NCBI GenBank assembly: GCA_040005235.1
Contig: JBDTZG010000058.1
Span: forward strand, 1-33,724
Direction: 5' to 3'
Source of the DNA: Acidobacteriota bacterium
GTDB taxonomy: Bacteria > Acidobacteriota > Thermoanaerobaculia > Multivoradales > UBA5704
Length of the DNA: 33,724 bases
Shown here: positions 30,901-33,724 of the stretch, piece after piece
Numbering within the stretch: position 1 is the first letter of the stretch
How the letters are laid out: each line of letters opens with the position of its first letter
Notes under the pieces: model-generated
Seen by the model: only the letters and a program-made list of their open reading frames with translations
Database searches by the model: none
What the model was told of the DNA's origin: nothing
Made by a program: the position numbers and the translations under genes

Positions 30901-32321
30901 CGTACATGATCTACACGTCGGGCTCCACCGGGGTGCCGAAGGGGGTGGCCGTCAGCCACCGGCACGCGGCGGGGCATTTCGCGGCGGCGGCGGGCTTCTA
31001 CGGAATGGATGCGACGGATCGGGTGGTGCAGTTTGCCGCCGCGGGTTTCGACGTGTCGATGGAACAGGTGGGAGTGGCCTTGGCTTCGGGAGGAACTCTC
31101 GTCGTGCGCGGGCCGGAGCTGCCGCCGCCGCTGGAGCTTTCGGCGTGGCTGACGCGGCACAGGATCACGAACGCGAACCTGCCCACCGCCGTCTGGACCG
31201 AGTGGAGCCGTTCGGAGGCGCCGCTGCCCAAGGACCTGCGCGTGCTGGTGACGGGCGGCGAGGCGATGACTCCCGCGGCGGCGGAGCGGTTCCGAAAAAG
31301 GCTCGCCCAGATGGACGATCCGCCGGTTGTTTACAACGGCTACGGGCCGACCGAGACGGTGGTCACCGCCACCTGCTACGACCTTCGTTACGGGCGCCTG
31401 CCTGAATCCGGCGCGGTGACGATCGGCCGACTTCTGCCTGGGCGCACCGGGATCGTGGTGGACGAGTTAGGGGAGATCCAACCGCTCGGCGGCATCGGCG
31501 AGTTGGTTTTGGGCGGCCTGCTCGCGCGAGGCTATCTCGATCGGCCGGACCTTACCGCCGAGCGATTCCGCCCCAACCCCTTACCAGACGCTTTTTTCGG
31601 AGCGAGGGTCTATGGGACCGGCGATCGCGTCCGCCAGCGGGGCGACGGCTCGTTCGATTACCTAGGTCGCACCGATGCCCAAATCAAGATCCGCGGCTTC
31701 CGCATCGAGCCGGGAGAGATCCAAGCGGCACTCAGCCTACATCCGGCAATCCACGATGCGATCGTCCTCGCCCGCGAAGTACTCGGCGCAGGTCCGCGGC
31801 TGATCGCCTGGTACCGGTCTTCCGCTGAATCGACCGCCGCCGACCTGCGCGCCTTCCTCGCTGCACGGCTACCGGCCTACATGGTCCCCGCGGCGTTCGT
31901 AGAGGTCCTGGAATGGCCGATCTCGGCGACGGGAAAAATCGATCGCCAGGCGCTTCCCGAACCGGCGCGCTCTACCGGTACCGAACGGACCCCGCCGCGG
32001 ACGGCGATCCATCAGGTGATCGCCGATCTTTGGCGCGAGGCGCTGCCGGAGGCGGGGGAGGACCTGGCGATCGAAGACAACTTCTTCGAGCTGGGCGGCC
32101 ACTCTCTCCTCGCGGTGGGACTCGCCTCGAAGGTGGCCGCGAGCTTCCAAGTCGAGCTGCCGCTCAAGCGCCTGTTCGAGGCGCCGACGGTCGCAGGCCT
32201 CGGAGCCGCGGTCCTCGCCGCGGAGTCGCGTCAAGGCCAAAGCGAGAAGATCGCGCGGGTGTTGCTGCGAATGAAGAGCCTGTCGCCCGAAGCGAAGCGC
32301 GACAGGCTCGCATTGGGCTGA
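12996..32321 (+). CDS. Multimodular non-ribosomal peptide synthetase NRPS-2, 6441 aa: (C-A-T)x6-tail, no TE
   Basis: GTG 12996 overlaps the NRPS-1 stop (GTGA, 4-nt overlap). The C1 motif MSFGQEALWF follows 15 residues later. Six C, A and PCP motif sets are present (GGHSL at 16086, 19299, 22509, 25719, 28884, 32094). Stop TGA 32319-32321. The start codon is inferred. Confidence 0.95.
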   Translation: MNTIELTPRVENRAPMSFGQEALWFLSKLAPESRAYHLCGAARVVSPCDAERLERAFAALSERHPVLRTTFGEGSDGKPEQRIGSGAGVVFSREIAEDAEALNALLARHLDASFDLERGPLVRAGLITAGGETVLWLAAHHLVADFWSLAVMLRDLGRAYATGDEIETEGGPQLSYAEWARWQRERTAGETGQRELAVWKEILAGELPRLELPTDRPRRAKVTWVGGSVDVFVGAEATRRLGRIARGAKSNLFSGLLAAFQAFLSRLSGQDDLIVGTPTTGRFGARVDTQVGYFVNPVPVRADLSGDPSFVDLLARQKPTIEGALALQAYPFSRLAEEIQPERDPGRSPIFDAMLAYEKARGGEGFWGFALGLAGTQVDLGGLALESLRVEPSGSPFDLSLAVSEVGGGLAGSLRFSSELFDRATIERWAGWLVRWIEGAAAEPELRLSDLPLLSPLERQELRLESEPPAVAFASSALVHDLLARHARERPGELAVESEHEPGRRYTWGEAAAHTDRLARRLAGLGAGPEKVVGVSLERSVDRVLSIYAIWKAGACYLPVDPELPAERRALLLSDAGAVVVIARAMPSKGAGWIGSAAPLLLSKDRGLPVDGGPEGEPRAALPENLAYVIYTSGSTGVPKGVGISHRDAAGHFAAAAGFYGMDSTDRVVQFASASFDVSMEQVGVALASGGTLVVRGPELPPPLDLSDWMTRWRITNANLPTAVWTEWSRAVDPLPKDLRVLVTGGEAMTPAAAERFRRRMARMERPPVVYNGYGPTEAVVTATCFDLADLAEGDRPDSGSVPIGRLLPGRSGAVVDRTGVAQPFGIPGELVLGGLLARGYLDRPDLTAERFRPDPLTDKFGERVYRTGDRVRQRGDGTIEYLGRIDHQIKIRGVRIEPGEIEAALDDHPGVKDSIVLAREDPNAPNAGKRLIAWYRPIPDEAVTAADLRQFLAARLPQALVPAAFVEVADWPVGPTGKIDRRALPEPENDGAGAIWIAPRTPTEQIVAGLFTELLGTSAPGAEADFFALGGHSLLAAQLVSRLRRAFGVEVPLGELFAGSTVAAIAERIDARAGAPQAPPLLRIAQSPEAALSFGEERLWFLDRLDPGRATYNIGFRLALGGPLDSEALAGALREVIARHSPLRTRYADREGRPYATIPPPESAWRMPFVDLSTAISTERAKAEAARIAEGEGRRPFDLARGPLLRASLVRRSADLHDSLYVFHHIATDGWSLGVFSRELAELYGAAVEGRSAKLPELAVEYADWAAWQRGWLSGEVYERELSWWRERLSGAPEVLDLPLDRPRSSQKNSQGRRSRWVRRELSAELTEAIAARSRAAGSTPFMVLLAAWAGVLSRLGAGTDLVLGTVVANRNLPEIEGLIGFFVNSLAVRISAEGEPTLGELLERTRAAALGAYAHQELPLDRLVAELGGGARWGGVPPLYQASLVLQNLPEPVLLPGLSTAIESLDGGVAKLDLSLVLSPIREGGTERLAAELELNLDLFDPATGARLLAGFERMAAELAALPEKALADAELLGPAERHQLLIEWREGDVAVPPLLMHEWIAKHARERPAALALESEHEPGRRYSWFEVAAHTDRLARRLAGLGAGPEGVVAVSLERSVDRVLAMFAIWKAGACYLPVDPELPLERRALLLEDARVVVVMARDVTSGEGGWIGSVTPLLISKESGLPVDAGPEWEPRAAVAENLAYVIYTSGSTGVPKGVGVSHRHAAGHFAAAVGFYRMDATDRVVQFASASFDVSMEQVGVALASGGCLVVRGPELPPPLELSGWMARWGITNANLPTAVWTEWSRSETPLPRCLRVLVTGGEAMTPTAAERFRKALVEMENPPVVYNGYGPTETVVTATCYDLAVGKLNDSGAVSIGRLLPSRTGFVVDPEGRPLPLGGIGELALGGLLARGYLDRPDLTAERFRPDPFTDKAGERLYRTGDRVRQRGDGTFDYLGRIDSQIKIRGFRIEPGEIEAALARHPVVQEAIVLAREIPNLGLTLIAWVRPLAAFDSNELRRYLAARLPSYMVPAAFVEIAGWPLTPTGKIDRRALPDPSFESNAGRIALRTPTEEIVAGLFTELLGVAEIGVEDDFFSLGGHSLLATQLASRIRKTFDVEFPLGELFAAARVAVIAERIDAFSGGPIAPPLKRRKASGKENEGELSFAEERLWFLDRLEPGTATYNVGFRLALDGPLAFAPFVAALSAVVARHARLRTRFGEREGKPFAEADFPRVFPVPRIDLSAIESPTEALRLAAAEGRRPFDLARGPLLRVALLRHAADRHDALFVFHHIVTDGWSISVFSREMAELYAAAIEKRPALLPSLPIEVADWAAWQRDWLSGEVYLRQLAWWRERLAGAPEVLDLPVDRPRPALAKSPSWLVRRELPSALFSSVVARSRAAGATPFMLLLAAWAGLLSRLGAGRDLVIGAPIANRNRAETEGLIGFFINSLALRISIPAEESLGALVERTREAALGAYAHQDFPFDRLVAELGGGRGVKVSPIFQVSLVFQNLPEPVLLPGLTTAIEPLGGGVAKLDLSLLLSPVREREQERLSALLEINLDLFDPATGARLLRGFEAMVGEGVAHPERSLADAELLGQPERHQLLLEWKGKNLDLPPILVHDWIAKHALERPDALALESEHEPGRRMTWAEVATHTDVLARRLAGLGAGPEKVVAVSLERSIDRVLAIYAIWKAGACYLPVDPELPAERRAWLLSHAGAVVLMARAIPSEMTGWIGTVASLLLSKESGLPVDFGPEEDPRAALPENLAYVIYTSGSTGVPKGVGISNRNAAGHFAAACGFYRMDSTDRVVQFASASFDVSMEQVGLALASGGTLVVRGPELPPPLELSAWMTRWGITNANLPTAVWTEWSWSDAPLPRELRNLVTGGEAMTPAAAERFRLRLAEMDPPPVVYNGYGPTETVVTATCYDLRYGRLPESGSVSIGRLLPARTGWVVGETGEVQALGGIGELVLGGLLARGYLDRPDLTAERFRPNPLTDASFGERLYWTGDRVRQRGDGSFDYLGRTDYQIKIRGFRIEPGEIESALGQHRQVKEAIVLAREPAGISGAGQRLIAWVRPLVGLPIDASELRRFLSSRLPKYMVPWAFVEIAEWPLTPTGKIDRGALPDPAAESGGRIALRTPTEEIVAGLFAELLGVSNPGADADFFVLGGHSLLATQLASRLRTTFAAEIALAELFAGSTVAAIAGRIDARAGRPQAPPLLRTVRSGEVELSFGQERLWFLDRLEPGRATYNVGLRLTLEGAFEPPAFDAALQRIVERHAPLRSRFGERDGKPYAAIEPAMALDLPCIDLSAIQSDVEAVRIAQAEGRRLFNLARGPVLRTTLVRRALDRHDALLVFHHIGTDGWSLGVFSRELAELYGAAVERRPAILPALPIEYADWAAWQRGWMAGEVYDAQLAWWRERLSGAPESLELPADRPRPLASPRRPVAVLRRELPHDLSKALAARARSSGSTPFMALFTSWAALLTRLGAGDDLVIGTAVANRNRAETEGLIGFFVNSLAIRIATNGPSSFVELLSRVREAALSSYAHQDFPFDRLVAELGGVRGGHAPPIYQVSMVFQNLPEPALLPGLATTFEEIGGETAKLDLALTVLPTRAPDEGLSAILELNLDLFDPATGTRLLAGFEAMARELAEHPERRLAEVELLGRAERHQLLIEWNAAECASAPKRIHDFLFRNASERPEGSALESEDPAGRRYSWAELDAVTGRLARKLAGLGAGPERVVGVSLERGVDRQVAILSIWKAGACYLPVDPELPRERRSLLLRDAGAVVLVLRGETSEGLEWIGSVAPLLLSKEGGLPVDHGPEGEPRAAVPENLAYLLYTSGSTGVPKGVAVTHCDAAEHFGAAARFYDLGADDRIVQFAEASFDVSMEQLGLALVCGATLVVRGPEMPAELPAWLDWLGITDANLPTAVWNEWAFSDAPLPEKLRVLVVGGEAMTPAAAARFREKLAASANPPRLWNAYGPTETVVTATCQDVAVGRLGESGAVAIGRALPGRSAFVVDALGEPQALGGIGELVLGGLLARGYLDRPDLTAERFRPDPFAEKAGARVYCTGDRVRQRVDGSFDYLGRTDSQIKLRGIRIEPGEIEAALGRHRQVQEAIVLLRETGTGRRLIAWYRPHGALGALGDGGEIDPADLRRFVAAQLPAALVPSAFVEMAEWPLSPTGKIDRRALPEPMIDRESGERVALRTPTEEIVAGLFASLLGTGPDLSADADFFALGGHSLVATQLASRLRRTFQVEIPLGELFAGSTVAGIAGRIEALANIGAPPPPALLPVPPRPAEIPLSFAQERLWFLDRLEPDPATYNTGFRLTLNGALDEEALAGAFRALIARHEPLRTRFVLAEDRPIQEIAPPEAAACAFRMPRIDLSAAPSAVEAARLARGEGRRPFDLSRGPLLRVVRVTLGRGKSELQLILHHIATDGWSLGVFARELAELYAARVERRAVTLPALPLAYADWAIWQRAWLSGEVFDRELAWWRGRLAGAPEALDLPFDHPRPARPAGLGWMGDGELSADLASRLAARARSAGSTLSMALFAAWAGLLARLGAGTDLVIALPIANRNRAETEGLIGFFVNTLALRIEIPESGVTLGGLLARVREAALPAYAHQDFPFERLVASAGAPHPQVSFAFQNLPAPVLLPGIETQVEELGGGGAKFDLGLIVVPDAEGLLTRIEISLDRLDPATGARLLRGFEAMVGELANDPGRSLAEAELFGPAERHQLLVEWNDADLALPKALVHDWIARHARERPDDPALESEHEPHRRSTWREVEAQADRLARRLAGLGAGPERVVGVSLEWSVDRVLSVYAIWKAGACYLPVDPDLPVERKRLLLADARAVALVARETSGDLGWIGPAALLVLSKENGLPVAAGPEEDPRTALPENLAYLIYTSGSTGVPKGVAVSHRDATGHFAGSTDFYGWRADDRVILLGAISFDLSVDQVGCALAAGATLVVRGPQMPAPADLSRWLGDLRISCATLPTPLFNEWTFAPEPLPKALRMLYAGGEAMSIAAAERFRGRAGLGALLALNAYGPTEAVVAATCHDFLKGRLPESGAVSIGRLLPRRSAYVLDEIGVPVPLGGLGELALGGLLARGYLDRPDLTAERFRPNPFTDQFGARTYRTGDRVRRRGDGSFDYLGRIDGQIKIRGFRIEPGEIEAALAAHSQIKEAIVLVRETPRIGKRLIAWVRPQDALDPGEIARFLNLRLPAYMVPSAFVEIAEWPLSPSGKVDRRALPDPAFETGARSSLRTPSEEIIAGLFTELLGATDPGADSDFFALGGHSLLATQLTSRLRRTFEAELPLAELFAGPTVAGIAERIDALAGRPQESIAPLARSPRPAEVPLSFAQERLWFLDRLEPGTATYNVGLRLTLGGPLVPAALAAALGALVARHEPLRTRYVISGDLPFQRIDPPGGFSLRAVDLERLDEKSASPEAERLAAFEGRRPFDLARGPVLRSALIRRAPERHEVLFVFHHIATDGWSIGVFSRELVELYAAASARRPSRLPPLPIEYADWALWQRTLLAGQTYDRQLAWWRERLAGAPEVLDLSLDRPRPALPRRRARTMRRELSADLSAAVASRARAAGATSYMVLLAAWAGLLSRMGAGSDLVIGLPIANRNRKETEGLIGFFVNSLPVRLSTASDPTLAELLTRARTAALGAYAHQDFPFDRLVAELGGVRGGGVPPIYQVSLMFQNLPEPAMLPGLRTTAEELRGGLAKIDLGLAVVPLREATGDRLAALLELNLDLFDPATGARLLRGFEAILGEVAAHPERALGEAVLIGAPERHQLLAEWNDRDLALAPRVIHDWIARHARERPDDPALESEHEPGRRYSWRQVAFHTDLLARRLAGLGVGPERVVGVALERSVDRVLAMYAIWKAGACYLPVDPDLPVERRALMLEDARAVVLIARDLTPDLLGLSGTVEPLLLSKENGLPMDFGPEGIPRAVLPENLAYMIYTSGSTGVPKGVAVSHRHAAGHFAAAAGFYGMDATDRVVQFAAAGFDVSMEQVGVALASGGTLVVRGPELPPPLELSAWLTRHRITNANLPTAVWTEWSRSEAPLPKDLRVLVTGGEAMTPAAAERFRKRLAQMDDPPVVYNGYGPTETVVTATCYDLRYGRLPESGAVTIGRLLPGRTGIVVDELGEIQPLGGIGELVLGGLLARGYLDRPDLTAERFRPNPLPDAFFGARVYGTGDRVRQRGDGSFDYLGRTDAQIKIRGFRIEPGEIQAALSLHPAIHDAIVLAREVLGAGPRLIAWYRSSAESTAADLRAFLAARLPAYMVPAAFVEVLEWPISATGKIDRQALPEPARSTGTERTPPRTAIHQVIADLWREALPEAGEDLAIEDNFFELGGHSLLAVGLASKVAASFQVELPLKRLFEAPTVAGLGAAVLAAESRQGQSEKIARVLLRMKSLSPEAKRDRLALG
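13035..16215 (+). other. Module 5 (divergent C, A, T); A code DVENVGGVTK
   Basis: HHLVADFWS at 13413-13439; FDVSMEQ, ITNANL, LVTGGE, NGYGPTEAVVT; GGHSL. Confidence 0.85.
16270..19430 (+). other. Module 6 (C-A-T); A code DVENVGGVTK
   Basis: HHIATDGWS; same pocket residues as module 3; GGHSL. Confidence 0.85.
19490..22640 (+). other. Module 7 (C-A-T); A code DVENVGGVTK
   Basis: HHIVTDGWS; same pocket residues as module 3; GGHSL. Confidence 0.85.
22690..25850 (+). other. Module 8 (C-A-T); A code DVENVGAVTK
   Basis: HHIGTDGWS; FDVSMEQ, ITDANL, LVVGGE, NAYGPTETVVT; GGHSL. Confidence 0.85.
25910..29015 (+). other. Module 9 (C-A-T); A code DLDTYGAVAK
   Basis: HHIATDGWS; FDLSVDQ, ISCATL, LYAGGE, NAYGPTEAVVA; GGHSL. 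Confidence 0.85.
29070..32207 (+). other. Module 10 (C-A-T, last module of NRPS-2); A code DVENVGGVTK
   Basis: HHIATDGWS; same pocket residues as module 3; terminal-type PCP EDNFFELGGHSLLAV. Confidence 0.85.
32208..32321 (+). other. C-terminal post-PCP tail of NRPS-2, putative docking element
   Basis: AVLAAESRQGQSEKIARVLLRMKSLSPEAKRDRLALG, same length as the NRPS-1 tail. Confidence 0.65.
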
Positions 32322-32368
32322 ATCATCGGGAGTGCTCGTCCTGGGAGCCCGTTGGCCAATAATTTCTA

Positions 32369-33724
32369 CTACGGCACCTCCACCACGATCGTCCCCTCCA
32401 ACACCACGGCCACCGCCTTGCCGCCGTTTTGCAGCTTGCCGAACAGGAGCTGGTCGGTGAGCGGCTGGCGGATCGTCTCGTCGATCACACGCCCGAGCGG
32501 GCGGGCTCCGAAGGCTGGGTCGTAGCCTTTCTGGGCGAGTAGGGTGCGCGCTTCCGGCGTAATTTCGAGGGTCACCTTTTTGGTCTGGAGCTGCTTGGCC
32601 AACTCGGCGATCATCTTGTCGACGATCTGTTCCATTACCGCCGGATCGAGCGGCCGGAAGCGGAGCCGGGCGTCGAGCCGGTTGCGGAACTCCGGGCTGA
32701 ACAGACGCTCGACCGCTTGGTCGCTCGCCGGGTCGCCGCGGAGCGCGGGGGAGGCGCCGGGCTCGTCGCGGAGCGCTCCGAATCCGGCGCCCACGCCCTC
32801 GATCGCGCCGACCGGCGAAACGCCGAAGCCGGGCGTCCTTTGAGCCATCTCCCGCGCTCCGACGTTCGAGGTCATCAGCAGGATGACGTGGCGGAAATCG
32901 GTCGCCTTGCCGTTGGTGTCGGTGAGCGTGCCGTGGTCCATCACCTGGAGCAGCAGGTTGAATACGTCCTCGTGGGCTTTTTCCACCTCGTCGAGCAGCA
33001 GCACGGCGTGCGGGCTTTTGGCCACCGCCTCGGTGAGCAGGCCGCCGCGGTCGTAGCCGACGTAGCCCGGGGGGGCGCCAACCAGGCGCGAGACCGTGTG
33101 GCGCTCCATGTACTCGCTCATGTCGAAACGCAGGAACGAGATGCCGAGGGTCAGGGCGAGCTGCTTGGCCATCTCGGTCTTGCCCACGCCGGTCGGTCCC
33201 GTGAGCAGGAAGGCGCCGACCGGTTTTTGCGGTTCGCGCAGTCCCGCGCGGGAGACCTTGATCGCCATCACCAGCCGTTCGATCGCCGCGTCCTGGCCGA
33301 ACACCACCGCCTTCAATTCCGATTCGAGCGCCTGCAACCGATCGCGATCGCTGCCGTGGACCCGCTTGGGCGGAATCTGCGCCATGGTCGACAAGATCCG
33401 CTCGATCTCCGGCGCGCCGACCCGCTTGCCTCCGCCGAGCGACACCGCCGCGCCCGCTTCGTCCATCAGGTCGATCGCCTTGTCGGGCAGGCGCTTGTCG
33501 CGCAGATGGCGCTCGGCCAGCTCGGCCGCGGCGCGCAGGGCGGACTTGGTGTAAGTGACGCCGTGGTGTAGCTCGTACCGTTCGCGCAGACCTTCCAAGA
33601 TCCGCACGGTCTCTTCGATCGAGGGCTCCAGGACTTCCACCTTTTGGAACCGCCGGGCGAGCGCCGCATCGCGTTGGAAGTTTTGACGGTATTCCTCCCA
33701 GGTGGTGGCGCCGATGCAGCGCAG
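32369..33724 (-). CDS. clpA: ATP-dependent Clp protease ATP-binding subunit ClpA, 5'-truncated (end of AAA+ D1 and all of D2)
   Basis: Frame is open from the window end: LRCIGATTWEEY...DAALARRFQKVEV, LPDKAIDLMDEA, Walker A GPTGVGKT, FDMSEYMERHTVSRLVGAPPGYVG, Walker B LLLDEVEKAH, FSPEFRNRLD, GARPL. The short D1-D2 linker lacks the ClpB/ClpC coiled-coil middle domain. Tandem TAG TAG stops at 32371-32366. Confidence 0.9.
   Translation of the reverse strand: MRCIGATTWEEYRQNFQRDAALARRFQKVEVLEPSIEETVRILEGLRERYELHHGVTYTKSALRAAAELAERHLRDKRLPDKAIDLMDEAGAAVSLGGGKRVGAPEIERILSTMAQIPPKRVHGSDRDRLQALESELKAVVFGQDAAIERLVMAIKVSRAGLREPQKPVGAFLLTGPTGVGKTEMAKQLALTLGISFLRFDMSEYMERHTVSRLVGAPPGYVGYDRGGLLTEAVAKSPHAVLLLDEVEKAHEDVFNLLLQVMDHGTLTDTNGKATDFRHVILLMTSNVGAREMAQRTPGFGVSPVGAIEGVGAGFGALRDEPGASPALRGDPASDQAVERLFSPEFRNRLDARLRFRPLDPAVMEQIVDKMIAELAKQLQTKKVTLEITPEARTLLAQKGYDPAFGARPLGRVIDETIRQPLTDQLLFGKLQNGGKAVAVVLEGTIVVEVP

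Larger units (their letters stand above)
1..32207 (+). repeat. Tandem array of ten paralogous ~3.2 kb module-sized repeats
   Basis: Equivalent FDxS motifs at about 1918, 5212, 8482, 11725, 15021, 18261, 21456, 24657, 27855 and 31047, with long stretches of shared nucleotide sequence. Confidence 0.9.

Noticed and set aside
32322-32365. Intrinsic terminator between NRPS-2 and clpA
   Set aside because: Only a short TTGGCCAA palindrome and weak pairings are present, with no convincing GC stem plus U-tract on either strand.
33638-33640. ORF-track start of clpA at 33640
   Set aside because: Conserved ClpA sequence (CIGATT, ALARRFQ) continues in frame to the window edge.
32369-33724. ClpB, ClpC or ClpV assignment
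   Set aside because: There is no middle coiled-coil/UVR domain between the AAA+ modules, and the motifs fit ClpA.
1-33724. CRISPR array, tRNA/rRNA, IS/transposase, E/MT/TE domains
   Set aside because: None of their signatures were seen. The repeats are coding module paralogues, and T-to-C spacing leaves no room for extra domains.

Overview
High-GC bacterial DNA. About 32 kb is two tandem, translationally coupled giant NRPS genes on the + strand. NRPS-1 is 5'-truncated (<1-12999) with 4 visible C-A-T modules. NRPS-2 most likely starts at GTG 12996 and runs to 32321 (6441 aa, 6 C-A-T modules). They converge on the 3' part of a clpA gene. The ten ~3.2 kb modules are paralogous and contain no epimerization, methylation, thioesterase or reductase domain. 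All ten adenylation pockets, read by hand against GrsA-PheA, have an acidic residue at position 239. Seven are DVENVG(G/A)VTK, one is DVEHIGGIDK and two are DLDTYGAV(V/A)K, which suggests a long, low-complexity, probably polycationic all-L peptide. Both proteins end in a near-identical 37-aa post-PCP tail, and the line has no release domain before clpA. At the DNA level there is a module-periodic G/C skew, a recurring inverted AT-rich motif pair flanking the A3-A6 specificity subdomain, an in-frame REP-like palindrome, and several 9-bp in-frame duplications. Domain boundaries are approximate, and substrate calls and mechanisms are inference.
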